Part shown: positions 26,607 through 39,700 of the stretch, one piece after another
How positions within the stretch are numbered: the stretch's first letter is position 1
How the letters are laid out: the number at the start of each line of letters is the position of its first letter
Source of the DNA: Mobula hypostoma
Taxonomy: Eukaryota
Direction of reading: 5' to 3'
NCBI RefSeq assembly: GCF_963921235.1
Contig: NC_086108.1
Coordinates: 70,310,001 to 70,374,000 of the forward strand
Length of the DNA: 64,000 nt
Notes under the pieces: generated by a model
What the model was told of the DNA's origin: nothing
Databases searched by the model: none
The model's input: the letters and a program-made list of their open reading frames with translations, nothing else
Position numbers and translations under genes: made by a program

Positions 26607-26776
26607 TGACTCACCCAAAGGAGCAACGACGAGTCTGGTTTGCTGATGGAATCTTACCAAATGGAGAAGTTGCAGATGCAGCAAAACTGTCATCAGGTGG
26701 GCCATCTATGACAGGATCTTTGACAGTATCACATGATCCTGGTAAAGAAGTTGCAACAAAACCCACAGCCTCTGAG
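26607..26776 (+). CDS. ZFYVE9: ZFYVE9/SARA exon with PP1c-binding RVWF motif ([27 protein letters not shown]...KPTASE)
   Basis: tttag acceptor, gtagga donor, 170 bp, phase 1 to 0. [23 protein letters not shown] matches SARA. Confidence 0.96.
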
Positions 26777-27344
26777 GTAGGAGAATTATTTAAAAATACC
26801 AGAGCAGATATAGAGAAATGCTCTTGCTGTGAAAGGAAATGAAAATCCCAGTGTAATTCTTAAATGATTTGGATTGTTTGCTTACTTATGGGTTTTGCTA
26901 TTTGGTATTCTTATTGAGCAGGGCACTGTGTTCATTCTATCAGTATCTGAAATAAACAAGAAATGCTCTGTACTCAGCAAGGCAAGCAGTATCTATGGTG
27001 AAAGAAACAGCCTTAAATCAGAACTAGGAAAGTTTAGAAACTGGCTGTTTTATTCCGTAAAGAAGGGCGAATTGGGGTTTTGGGAATTGATGGGATAGGG
27101 GTTGGCAGTTTCGGGGGGGGAATGAGGGAGCTTGGTAGTAAAAGAACAAAGATAATTGGGATGACAGGGTGGTGATCAAGAGCAAATGAACAATGCAGAA
27201 GATTGTTGCAGCTGAGGGCAGTGGCTTATTAATTGTGAACAGGAGATGAACTAATATACAAAACAATGCAGCTGTAAGAAATCTGCAAGAAATGCAAAGG
27301 AAAAACTGAGTTGTTATTTATTACTATAAGTTGATAACCTTAAA

Positions 27345-29600
27345 TCATAAGACCATAAGACATAGGAGCACAATTAGGCCATTCAGCCCACTGAGTCTGC
27401 TCTGCCATCCTATCATGGCTGATCCCGGATCCCACTCAACCCCATACACTTGCCTTCCCGCCAAACCCTTCGCCCTGACCGATCAGGAAACGATCAGCTT
27501 CCACCTTAAATATACCCACAGACTTGGCCTTCATCGCAGTCTGTGGCAGAGCATTCCACAGATGTTCTACTCTTTGGCTAAACAATCCATATTACAGGTT
27601 TCCCCCGCCATCTGAAGGTAGAGCGTTCCTATGAAACGGTTCGTAAGCCGGAATGTTGTAGAGTGAAGAAGCAATTACCATTAATTTATATGGGAAAAAT
27701 TTGTGAGCGTTCGCAGACCCAAAAATAACCTAACAAATCATGCCAAATAACACATAAAACTTAAACTAACAGTACCACATAGTAAAAGCAGGAATAATAT
27801 GATAAATACACAGCCTATATAAAGTAGAAATACTTCTCTGCAACCATTGCCTGCACTGTTCGCCGTAGTGAAAATCTCATGTAAGCGCCGTTGGTAAAAA
27901 CACTTTCTCCAGTAACCTTTAAGCTATGAAGCTGCCAAATCATACCAAATAACACCTAAAAATACACAGCCTATATAAAGTAGAAATAATGTATGTACAG
28001 TGTAGTATCACTTACAGGAATAGGGAAGACATCGATCACACTGATGGTGTGTTAGGCTGAGTCGTTGGAGGCTGGGGTGGTGCAGTGGCCCCCACCCTCC
28101 AGGCCGCCGACCGATACCGATCCGCTAAGCATGCAGCGGTCCAGCGGTAGCTGGAACGCACTCAGCACATCTTTAAGAAAAAAGACGAAATAAACAAGCT
28201 AATTAATTACGTGCCGGGCAGCACCTAATTAATTAGCTTGTTTATTTTGGCTTTTTTTCTTAAAGATGTGCTGGGTGCCTCCTGGCTACCGCTGCATTCT
28301 TCGTGGATCGGTATCTGTCTGCAGCCCGTGGGTTGGGGTGGTGGGACACTGAGGTGTCGTCTGTTTCCATCAGGGCAGGCAGGTCATCTTCTCCTATGAC
28401 TGCCTGCCTCGATGTCGAAGGTCGAGGTTCGTCGTCTGCTGTGGCTGATGTGGAATGCTTGCTTGACTGCTTAGCCTAGCGCATTTTTCTATCATACAGT
28501 TCTTTGTAAGGACTCAAACCATCCTGCAAGTAAGCTCTAAATTGACTTTACCTTTTCAAAATTAAAGTTGTACTTTGTCATTGCAGCGAAAATCTCACGC
28601 AGTTGCTTCACGTTCAGTTCCTGGAGGACTTCACTTTCGGTCCGTTCGCTACTGCATTCAGTTTCGATTGTTATCCTTTCCTCTTCCAATTGCATCAGCT
28701 CTTCATCTATCAGTTCTTGGCCATGGAATGCCAAAACTTCTTCAACATCATCTTCGTCAACTTCCACAAGCCAAACTCACTTTGTCCTTGCTTGGTTCAC
28801 CACCATCGAAATGCTTAATTATGTCTAATTTTACACTAAGTGTAACACTCTTAGGAGCTCTTTCAGACTTTTCCAATACGGATGCTCACAGGCATGTGTT
28901 TAAGCAATGCCGGTGAGAATGCAGCTTCGAATCTGGGGGAGAGCGGCTGCTCGGGGCGCGTGCTGCCTTTTTTTGCGCGCTGCTTTTTTCATAACAGTGA
29001 AAACATCTTCTGTTAGCGAAAACAGGGAACTAATGTAGGTCTTTCGTAACAGTGAGGTCTCGTGAAGCGAACGTTGGAAAAGCGGGGGGACACCTGTACT
29101 TCTGTTCTAAAGACTGTTCCCTCTAGTTCTAGATACCCCCCACTCCACATCCACCCTATCTAGTCCTTTCAACATTCAGTAGGTTTCAGTGAGACTCTTC
29201 CGCATTCTTCTAAATTCCAGTGAGTACAAACCCAAAGCTGCGAAACACTCCTCATATATTAACCCCTTAATTCCCAAAATCATCCTTGTGAACCTCCTCT
29301 AGACTCTCTCCAATGACAACACTTCTGAAAGTCTTGCACGAGGACTGCTAAGTACCTCTGCGCCTCTGATGTTTAAACCTTCTCCCCTTTTAGATAGTAG
29401 TCTGCACTATTGTTCCTTTTACCGAAATGCACTTCCATACATTTCCCAACGTGTATTCCATCTGCCACTTTTTGACCATTCTTCCAATTTGTCCAAGTCC
29501 TGCTGTAATTGCCTTGCTTCCTCAGCACTACCTACCTCTCCACCTATCTTTCTATCATCCGCAGACTTTGCTACAAAGCCATCAATTCCATTGTGTTTGT
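27345..29600 (-). mobile_element. CR1 3' fragment split by a Tigger-like insertion
   Basis: CR1 tail cataagaccataag at 27345; colinear CR1 sequence resumes after 29098. Confidence 0.75.
27595..29096 (-). mobile_element. Internally deleted Tigger/pogo-family DNA transposon (non-autonomous)
   Basis: TIRs CAGGTTTCCCCCGC and GCGGGGGGACACCTG with TA TSD. Transposase remnants SVTLSVKLDIIKHF (HTH) fused to EVDEDDVEEVLAFHGQELIDEELMQLEEE. Confidence 0.9.
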
Positions 29601-31560
29601 ATATCTGGTAGATATATTTGTTCTTTAATTATTTAATAATAACTCCAGACAGGAGATTCTGTGGACATGAAAGGGACACCCAGATCTTATGTTGCCTCCC
29701 AGATGTCAGGGTCAGAGATGTCTCAGATTGTATCCACAGCATTCTAAAGGAGGAGGATGAACTACTGAAAGTCATGGTACAGATTGGTATCAATGACACA
29801 GATAGGAAAAAAGATGAGGTCCTGAAGAGAGAAGTAAATGAATTAGATAGAAAGCTGAAAAGCAGGACTTCAAGGGGAGTAATCTCTGAATTGCTGCCCC
29901 TCCCAAGTGCCAGTGAGGTTAGGAATAGGATGATTTGGCAGATGAACGCGTGGCTGAGAAATTGGTGTCGGGGCCAGTGTTTCAGATTTCTGGATCATTG
30001 GGATCTCTTCAGGGAAGGTATGACCTGTACAAAAAGGATGGGTTACACCTCAACTTGAGGGGGACCAATGTCTTTGCGGGTAGGTTTGCTAGAGATTTTG
30101 GGATTGGTTGAAACTAATTTGGCAGGGGATGGGAACTGGAGTGATGGGGCTGAGGATGAGGCATTTGGTATTTAAGTCAATGCAGTGTGTAGTGAGACTG
30201 AGGAAGAACAGGCAGATGATTACTCAAAATTGTAGTCAGCGGGATGAATTAGGAAGTGTAATATGGGGGCAAATTTGAAAAGGGTGTTATGAATACCGGA
30301 CTGAAGGTATTGTGTTTGAATACTTGCAGTATATGGAATAAGGTTGATGCTCTTGTAGCATAGTTAGAGATCAGCAGGAATGACAATGTGGTCATCACTG
30401 AATCATGGCTGAAGGAGCATAACTGGGAGCTTAACATCCAAGGATATACATTGTATCAAAAGGGAAGGTAGGTAGGGTGTGGGTGGCTCTGTTGGGGGGA
30501 AAAAGTAAATCAAATCCGTAGAAAGAGGTGACATAGAATCAGAAAGAGGTAAGAAACTGCAAGAGTTAAAAGATCCTGATGGAAGTTGTATACAGGCCTC
30601 CGAACAGTGTCCAAGATGTGGAGTACAAATTGCAATGAAAGATCGAAAAGGCATGTGAAAAGGGCAGTGTTACAATAGTCATAGGGGTTTTCAATATACA
30701 AGTATATTGAGAAAATCAAGTTGGTGTTGGATCTCAAGAGGGAATTTGTAGAATGCTTACGAAATTGCTTTTTAGACAAGCTTGTGGTTAAGTCCACTAG
30801 GGAAGAGGCAAATCTGGAATGAGTGTTGTGTAATGAACGAGATTTGACTGGGGAACTTATGAGACAATGAGCATAATATGATATAAATCACCTGCAGGAG
30901 AAGGTAAAAACAGATATATCAATAGTATAGTAGAACAAAGGGAATTACAGAGGCATGAGAGGAGAGATGGCTAAAGTCGATTGGAAGGGGACACTAGCAA
31001 GGTTGATGGCAGAACGGTGGCCGGGAGCAATTCGGAAGGTCTCGGATAGATACATCATAAAGAAGTAGTAGTATTCTAAAGGGAGGATGATGCAACCAAA
31101 GCTAAAAAGGGAAGTCAAAGACAGCATAAAAGCAAAAGAGAGGGCGTATAACATAGCAAAAAAAATTAGTGGGAAGTTGAGATGCTTTTAAAAGGCAACT
31201 GAAGGCAATTAAAAAAGCAATAAGGATAGAAAAGATGAAATGTGAAGGTAAGCTATCCAATAATATAGAAGAGGATACCAAAAGTTTTTTCAGATAAAGT
31301 TGCAAGAAAAAGTTTGTGAACCCTGGTTTATTGCATTAATTACTCATAAAATGTGGTCTGCTCTTCATCTAAGTCACAATAATGGACAAACACAATCTGC
31401 CTAAATTAATAACACACAAACAAATGTACCTCATCAATAATGAATACACTATCTAAACAGTAACAGTCTAGGTTCAAAAAAGTATGTGAACTTCTGAGGT
31501 AATGCCTTCTACGAAAGCTACTTGGAGTTAAATGTTCCAGTCAATGAGATGAGATTGGAG

Positions 31561-31620
<60 letters not shown>

Positions 31621-31640
31621 ATATATATGTATGTATGTAT
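31561..31640 (+). repeat. Compound (GT)n(AT)n microsatellite
   Basis: Visible dinucleotide runs. Confidence 0.98.
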
Positions 31641-31770
31641 CAAGGCATTTTACTGGAGAATGTGAGGGTAGCGGTCCATCACCTGAATCTTAATAGAAGT
31701 TGGATGATGCAATCAGACAATGATCTGAAACACAAGAGTAAATTATCAACAGAATGGTTTAAAAAGAAGA

Positions 31771-34065
31771 GGGTTATTTCTTCAGCAGTTTGAACGGGGC
31801 ACGACTGCGCAAGTGCGTGAAGGCCGGCCAGTGAAAACAGTGGGAAGAGTTTAAAAAGAAGACAGCTTTACAGAGCAGGTGTTGGAGGAGAGGGAGACAG
31901 AGTAGGAAGGCTTTGGCTCAACAGGGCTTTAGCGATAATGGGTCAAGGCGAGGTAAGTTATCTGTTTAGGATACAGACAGAAAGAATGTGTGTGAGGACG
32001 GTTTTCTGTGCTCGCTGTCAGATGTGGGAGGTCCTGGAGACTCCCAACCTCCCAGACAGCCACATCTGCGCCAGGTGAGTTGAGTTGCAGCTCCTTCGGG
32101 ACCATATTGGGGAACTGGAGATGCAGCTCAATGACCTTCGTCTGGTCAGGGAGAGTGAGGAGGTGATAGAGAGGAGCTATAGGCAGGTAGTCACTCCGGG
32201 GCCTCGGGAGACAGATAAGTGGGTAACAGGAGAGGGAAGGGCAAGAAGCAGGTGGTAGAGAGTATCCCAGTGGCTGTCTCCCATAACAATAAGTACTCCT
32301 GTTTGAGTACTGTTGGGGGAGACAGCCTACCTGGGGGAAGCAACAGTGGTCACGCCTCTGGCACAGAGTCTGGCCCTGTGACTCAGAAGGGTGGGGAAAG
32401 GAAGAGGATGGCAGCAGTGATAGGAGACTCTATAGTTAGGGGGTCAGACAGGCGATTCTGTGGATGTGGGAAAGAAACACGGGTGGTAGTTTGCCTCCCA
32501 GGTGCCAGGTTCCAGGATGTTTCTGATCGCGTCCATGATATCTTGAAGTGGGAAGGAGAACAGCCAGAGGTCATGGTACATATTGGTACCAATGACATAG
32601 GTAGGAAAAGGGAGGAGGTCCTGAAAGCAGACTACAGGGAGTTAGGAAGGAAGTTGAGAAGCAGGGCCTCAAAGGTAGTAATCTCGGATTACTGCCTGTG
32701 CCACATGACAGTGAGTATAGAAATAGAAAGAAGTGGAGGATAAATGTGTGACTGAGGGATTGGAGCAGGGGGCAGCGATTCAGATTTCTGGATCATTGGG
32801 CCCTCTTCTGGGGCAGGTGTGGCCTGTACAAAAAGGACGGGTTGCACTTGAATCTGAGGGGGACCGATGTCCTGGCGGGGAGGTTTACAAATGCTATCGG
32901 GGAGAGTTTAAACTAGAATTGCTGGGGGGTGGGAACCAAACTGAAGTGACGGAGGAAAGGGAGGTTGGCTCACAAACAGAGAAAGCTTGGAGACAGTGCA
33001 AAAGGGAGGATAGGCAGATGATGGAGAAGGGATGCACTCAGACCAATGGTTTGAGATGTGTCTATTTTAATGCGAGGAGTACTGTATTATGAATAAAGTG
33101 GATGAGCTTAGAGCATGGATCATCACTTGAAGTTATGATGTTGTGGCCATTACAGAGACTTGGATGGTGCAGGGGCAGGAATGGCTACTTCAAGTGCCAG
33201 GCGTTAGATGTTTCAGAAAGGACAGGGAGGGAGGCAAAAGAGGTGGGGGCTTGGCACTGTTGATCAGAGATAGTGTCATGGCTGCAGAAAAGCAGGAAGT
33301 CATGGAGGGATTGTCCACAGAGTCTCTGTGAGTGGAAGTTAGGAATAGGAAGGGGTCAATAACTCTACTGGGTGTTTTTTATAGACCAACCAATAGTAAC
33401 GGGAATATTGAAGAGTCTTGCAGTCCAAGTCCATAGAACACTTAAAGCTGCTATGCAGGTTGACTCTGGCCTTCATCAATTGTGGGATTAAGTTTAAGAG
33501 CCAAGAGGTAATGTTGCAGCTATATAGGACTCTGGTCAGACCCCACTTTGAGTACTGTGCCCAATTCTGGTCACCTCACTACAGGAAGGATGTGGAAACC
33601 ATAGAAAGGGTGCAGAGGAGATTTACAAGGATGTTGCTTGGATTGGGGAGCATGCCTTATGAGAATAGGTTTAAGTGAACTTGGCCTTTTCTCCTTGGAG
33701 CGACGGAGGATGACAGGTGACCTGATAGAGGTGTGCAAGATAATGAGAGGCATTGATCGTGTGGATAGTCAGAGGCTTTTTCCCAGGGCTGAAATGGCTA
33801 GCATGAGAGGGCATAGTTTTAAGGTGCTTGGAAGTAGGTGTAGAGGAGATGTCAGGGGTGAGTTTTAAACACAGAGAGTGGTGAATGTGTGGAATAGGCT
33901 GTCGGTGGTGGAGGCGGAAATAATACAGTCTTTTAAGAGACTCCTGGATGGATACATGGAGCTTAGAAAAATAGCTGACTATGGATAAGCCTAGGTAAGG
34001 ACATGTTCGGCACAGTTTTGTGGGCTGAAGGGCCTGTATTCTGCTGTAGGTTTTCTATTTTTCTA
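31771..34065 (+). mobile_element. CR1 with 5' UTR and ORF1 but a large internal ORF2 deletion
   Basis: Zn-finger and VIGDSIVRG esterase ORF1. The endonuclease start jumps at ~33415 to the ORF2 C-terminal region. (TTCTA)n tail. Confidence 0.88.
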
Positions 34066-34315
34066 ATTCATGTTTTGGAATGGCCAAGTCGGAGTCCAGA
34101 CCTTAACCCAATTGAGATGCTGTGGTATGACCTGAAGAAGTCCAGAAATATTGAACTGAAACAGGTTTGTATGAAGGAATGGTCTAAAATTCCTCCTTGC
34201 CGTTGTGCAAGTCTGATCAGCAGCTACAGGAGGTTCTGCCAGTTATTAAATACAAGGATTCACATACTTTTTCCAGGCTGGACTGTGAATGATTAAACAT
34301 TGTGTTTGTCTATTA

Positions 34316-37300
34316 GACAATAGACAGTAGGTGCAGGAGTAGGCCATTCAGCCCTTCGAGCCAGCACTGTGATCATGGCTGATCATCCACAATCAGTACC
34401 CTTTTCCTGCCTTCTCACCATATCCCTTCACTCCGCTATCTTTAAGAGCTCTATCTAACTCTTTTTTTGAAAGAATCCAGAGAATTGGCCTGCACTGCCT
34501 TCTGAGGCAGAGCATTCCACAGAACCACAACCCTCCATTCTAAATTGTCCACCCCTTATTCTTAAACTGTGGCCTCTGGTTCTGGACTCCCTCAACATCG
34601 GGAACATGCTTCCTGCCTCTAGCGTGTCCAATCCCTTAATAATCTTATGTTTCAGTCAGATCCCCTCTCATCCTTCTAAATTCCAGTGTATACAACCCCA
34701 GTCGCTCCAATCTTTCAACATATGACAGTCCCGCCATCCCGGGAATTAACCTCGTGAACCTACGCTGCATTCCCTCAATAGCTAGAATGTCCTTCCTCAA
34801 ATTTGGAGACCAAAACTGTACGTAATATTCCAGGTGTGGTCTCGCCAGGGCCCTGTACAACTGCAGAAGGACCTCTTTGCTCCTATACTCAATTCCCCTT
34901 ATTATGAAGGCCAGCATGCCATTAGCTTTCTTCACTGCCTGCTGTACCTGCATGCTTACTTTCAGTGACTGATGAACAAGGGCACCTAGATCTCGTTGTA
35001 CTTCCCCTTTTCCTAACTTGACATCTTTCAGATAGTAATCTGCCTTCCTGTTCTTGCCACCAAAGTGGATAACCTCACATTTATGCACATTAAACTGCAT
35101 CTGCCATGCATCTGCTCACTCACCCAGCCTGTCCAAGTCACCCTGCATTCTCATAACATCCTCCTCACATTTCACACTGCCACCCAGCTTTGTGCCATCT
35201 GTAAATTTGCTAATGTTACTTTTAATCCCTTCATCTAAATGGCTTCGATGAGAAGAGGCGGAGGACAAGCTTGCTCGCAGTTAGTCTTTACAATGCCTCC
35301 TGAGATGGTGATGTGCCTCTCATGTGAGATGTGGCAGTCTTGGGGGAACGCCCCACTCCCGCAGAGTCACATCTGCCAGAAGTGCATACGGCTGTGCAAT
35401 CTGGAAGACCGTGTAAGGAATCTGGAGCAGCAGCTGGATGACCTTCGACTCGTAAGGGAAAATGAGGCAGTCATAGATGAGAGCTACAGGGAGGTAGTCA
35501 CACTTAGGCTGTCGGAAGCAGGTCGTTGGGTGACAGTCAGAGGGGAGAAAGCAAAGGTGAGCAGACAGGTAGTGCAGAGCACCCCTGTAGCCATTCCCCT
35601 GAATAATAAGTTTACCGTCCTGGATACTGCTGGCGGGGACGACCGACCGACCAGGTGTGAGCCACGGTCGCAGGGCCTCCGGCACTGAGTCTGACCCAGT
35701 GGTGCAGAAGGGTGGGATGGAGAAGAAGAGCGCTGTCGTCATTGGAGACTCTATAGTCAGGGGAGCAGACAGGAGATTTTGTGGATGTGAGAAGGACACC
35801 CACATGGTTTGTTGCCTCCCGGGTGCCAGGGTCTGGGATGTCTCTGACCGGGTGCACGACGTCCTGGTACGAGAGGGAAAACAACCAGAAGTCATGATAC
35901 ATGTTGGGACCAACAACATAGGCAGGAAGTGGGATGAGGTCCTGAAGTGTGAGTTTCGGGAACTAGGCAGAAGGCTGAAGAACAGGACCTCAAGGGTGGC
36001 GTTCTCAGAATTGTGGCCAGTGCTACGTGACAGTGATGGTAAGAATTGGAGGAGATGGCAGTTGAATGCGTGGCTGAGGAGTTGGTGCAGGGATCAGGAT
36101 TTTAGATTTTTGGATCATTGGGATCTCTCTTGGGGAAGGTGGGACCTGTACAGATTGGATGGGTTGCACCTGAACTCGAGGGGGAGCATATCCTTGCAGG
36201 TAGGTTTGCTAGCATGGTTCGGGAGCGTTTAAACTCATTTGCAAGGGGGATGGGACCCAGAGCGATAGAGCAGTGAAAGAAGTGCATGGAGTAAAGCCAG
36301 ATCTATCATATTGAGAGGCTTTGAGGAAAGAGAAGCGGAATAAACAATGTAAAGACAGTAAGGTAGAAGGGCTGAAATGTGTGTACCTCAATGCAAGAAG
36401 CATCAGGAGCAAAGGTGATGAACTGAGAGCTTGGATACATACAGGGAATTATGATGTAGTGGCCATTACAGAGACTTGGCTGGCACTAGGGCAGGAATGA
36501 ATTCTCAATATTCCTGGATTTCAGTGCTTTAAAAGAGATAGAGAGGGCGGAAAGAGGGGAGGAGGGTTGGCATTACTGGTCAGGGATACTATTACAGCTA
36601 TAGAAAGGGTGGGTAATGTAGCAGGATCCTCTTTTGAATCAATATGGGTGGAAGTCAGGAACAGGTAGGGAGCAGTTACTCTATTGGGGGTATTCTATAG
36701 GCCCCTGGTAGCAACAGAGATATCGAGGAGCAGATGGGGAGGCAGATTTTGGAAAGGTGCAAAAATAACAGGGTTGTTATCATGGGTGACTTTAACTTCC
36801 CTAATATTGATTGGCACCTGATTAGTTCCAAGGATTTAGATGGGGCAGAGTTTGTTAACTGTGTCCAGGACGGATTCCTGTCACAGTATGTGGACAGGCC
36901 GACTAGGGGGAATGTCATACTAGATCTAGTACTAGGTAATGAACCGGGTCAAGTCATAGATCTCTCAGTGGGTGAGCATCTGGGGGACAGTGACCACCAC
37001 TCCCTGGCCTTTAGCATTATCATGGAAAAGGATAGAATCAGAGAGGACAGGAAAATTTTTAATTGGGGCAGGGCAAATTATGAGGCTATAAGGCTAGAAC
37101 TTGCGGGTGTGAATTGGGACGATGTTTCTGCAGGGAAATGTACTATGGACATGTGGTCGATGTTTAGAGATCTCTTGCAGGGTGTTAGGGATGAATTTGT
37201 CCCGGTGAGGAAGATAAGGAATGGTAGGGTGAAGGAACCATGGGTGACAAGTGAGGTGGAAAATCTAGTCAGGTGGAAGAAAGCAGCATACATTAGGTTT

Positions 37301-39700
37301 AGAAAGCAAGGATCAGATGGGTCTATTGAGGAATATAGGGAAGCAAGAAAGGAGCTTAAGAAGGGGCTGAGAAGAGCAAGAAAGGGGCATGAGAAGGCCT
37401 TGGTGAGTAGGGTAAAGGAAAACCCCAAGGCATTCTTCAATTATGTGAAGACAAAAAGGATGACAGGAGTGGACCGATTAGAGATAAAGGTGGGAAGATG
37501 TGCCTGGAGGTTGTGGAAGTGAGCGAGGTCCTCAATGAATACTTCTCTTCGGTATTCACCAATGAGAGGGAACTTGATGATGGTGAGGACAATATGAGTG
37601 AGGTTGATGTTCTGGAACATGTTGATATTAAGGGAGAGGAGGTGTTGGAGTTGTTAAAATACATTAGGACGGATAAGTCCCCAGGGTCTGATGGAATATT
37701 CCCCAGGCTGCTCCATGAGGCGAGGGAAGAGATTCCTGAGCCTCTGGCTAGGACCTTTATGTCCTCGTCGTCAACGGGAATGGTACCGGAGGATTGGAGG
37801 GAGGTGTATGTTGTCCCCTTGTTCAAAAAAGGTAGTAGGGATAGTCCGGGTAATTATAGACCAGTGAGCCTTACGTCAGTGGTGGGAAAGCTTTTGGAAA
37901 AGATTCTTAGAGATAGGATCTCTGGGCATTTAGAGAATCATGGTCTGATCAGGGACAGTCAGCATGGCTTTGTGAAGGGCAAATCATGTCTAACAAGCCT
38001 GATAGAGTTCTTTGAGGAGGTGACCAGGCATATAGATGAGGGTAGTGCAGTGGATGTGATCTGTATGGATTTTAGTAAGGCATTTGACAAGGTTCCACAC
38101 GGTAGGCTTATTCAGGAAGTCAGAAGGCATGGGATCCAGGGAAGTTTGGCCAGGTGGATTCAGAATTGGCTTGCCTGCAGAAGGCAGAGGGTTGTGGTAG
38201 AGGGAGTACATTCAGATTGGAGGATTGTGACTAGTAGTGTCCCACAAGGATCGGTTCCGGGACCCCTACTTTTCGTGATTTTTATTAATGACCTGGATGT
38301 GGGGGTAGAAGGGTGGGTTGGCAAGTTTGCAGACAACACAAAGGTTGGTGGTGTTGTAGATAGTGTAGAGGATTGTCGAAGATTGCAGAGAGACATTGAT
38401 AGGATGCAGAAGTGGGCTGAGAAGTGGCAGATGGAGTTCAACCCAGAGAAGTGTGAGGTGGTACATTTTGGAAGGACAACCTCCAAGGCAGAGTACAAAG
38501 TAAATGGCAGGATACTTGGTAGTGTGGAGGAGCAGAGGGATCTGGGGGTACGTGTCCACAGATCCCTGAAAGTTGCCTCACAGGTGGATAGGGTAGTCAA
38601 GAAAGCTTATGGGGTGTTAGCTTTCATAAGTCAAGGGTTAGAGTTTAAGAGTCGTGATGTAATGATGCGGCTCTATAAAACTCTGGTTAGGCCACACTTG
38701 GAGTACTGTGTCCAGTTCTTGTTGCCTCACTGTAGGAAGGATGTGGAAGCATTGTAAAGGCTACAGAGAAGATTTACCAGGATGCTGCCTGGTTTAGAGA
38801 GTATGCATTATGATCAGAGATTAAGGGAGTTAGGGCTTTACTCTTTGGAGAGAAGGAGGATGAGAGGAGATGTGATAGAGGTGTACAAGATACTAAGAGG
38901 AATAGATAGAGTGGATAGCCAGCGCCTCTTCCCCAGGGCACCACTGCTCAATATAAGAGGACATGGCTTTAATGTAAGGGGTGGGAAGTTCAAGGGAGAT
39001 ATTAGAGGAAGGTTTTTTACTCAGAGAGTGGTTGGTGCGTGGAATGCACTGCCTGAGTCAGTGGTAGAGGCAGATACACTGGTGAAGTTTAAGAGACTAC
39101 TGGACAGGTATATGGAGGAATTTAAGTTGGGGACTTATATGGGAGGCAGGATTTGAGGATCGGCACAACATTGTGGGCCGAAGGGCCTGTACTGTGCTGT
39201 ACTATTCTATGTCCTATGTTCTAAATCATTAATGTATATTGTAAATAGCTGTGGTCCCAGCACTGAGCCTTGCGGTACCCCACTAGTCACTGCCTGCCAT
39301 TCCAAAAAGGACCCATTAATCCCTACTCTTTGTTTCCTGTCCTCCAACCAATTTTCTATCCATGTCAGTACCCTACCCCCAATACCATTTGCTCTAATTT
39401 TGCACACTAATCTCCTTTGTGGGACCTAATCAAAGGCTTTCTGAAAGTCCAGGTACACGACATCCACTGGCTTTCCCATGTCCATTTTCATAGTCACATT
39501 CTCAAAAAATTCCAGAAGATTAGTCAAGCATGATTTCCCCTTTGTAAATCCATGCTGACTCAGACCTATCCTCCCCACTGCTATCCAAATATGCCGCTAT
39601 TACATCTGTTATAATTGATTCCAGCATCTTCCCCACCACTGATGTCAGACTAACTGGTCTATAATTGCCTGTTTTCTCTCTCCCTCCTTTCTTAAAAAGT
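34316..39700 (-). mobile_element. CR1 3' half (34316-35240 plus 39222-39700) split by a younger CR1
   Basis: MQFNVHKCEVIHFG and GVPQGSVLGPQLFTIYINDL are contiguous across the insert. Confidence 0.9.
35241..39221 (+). mobile_element. Near full-length young CR1 (Zn-finger/esterase ORF1, EN-RT ORF2, few lesions)
   Basis: CLSCEMW...HICQKC, VIGDSIVRG, IMGDFNFP, SDHH, SQHGFVKGKSCLTSL, KFADNTK. (TTCTATG)n tail; tctaaat on both sides. Confidence 0.96.

Noticed and set aside
31563..31793. ORF MCVCVYIYIY…
   Set aside because: Translation of a microsatellite running into a Tc1 transposase remnant.
35239..36232. Zn-finger plus SGNH/GDSL esterase ORF next to a reverse transcriptase, as a novel RT system
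   Set aside because: This is the established ORF1 of CR1-clade LINEs, and it recurs in four copies here.
38160..38600. Long antisense ORFs over the CR1 RT (also 59239-59553 and 61740-62401)
   Set aside because: Shadow frames of CR1 coding sequence; they recur only because the two copies are recent relatives.
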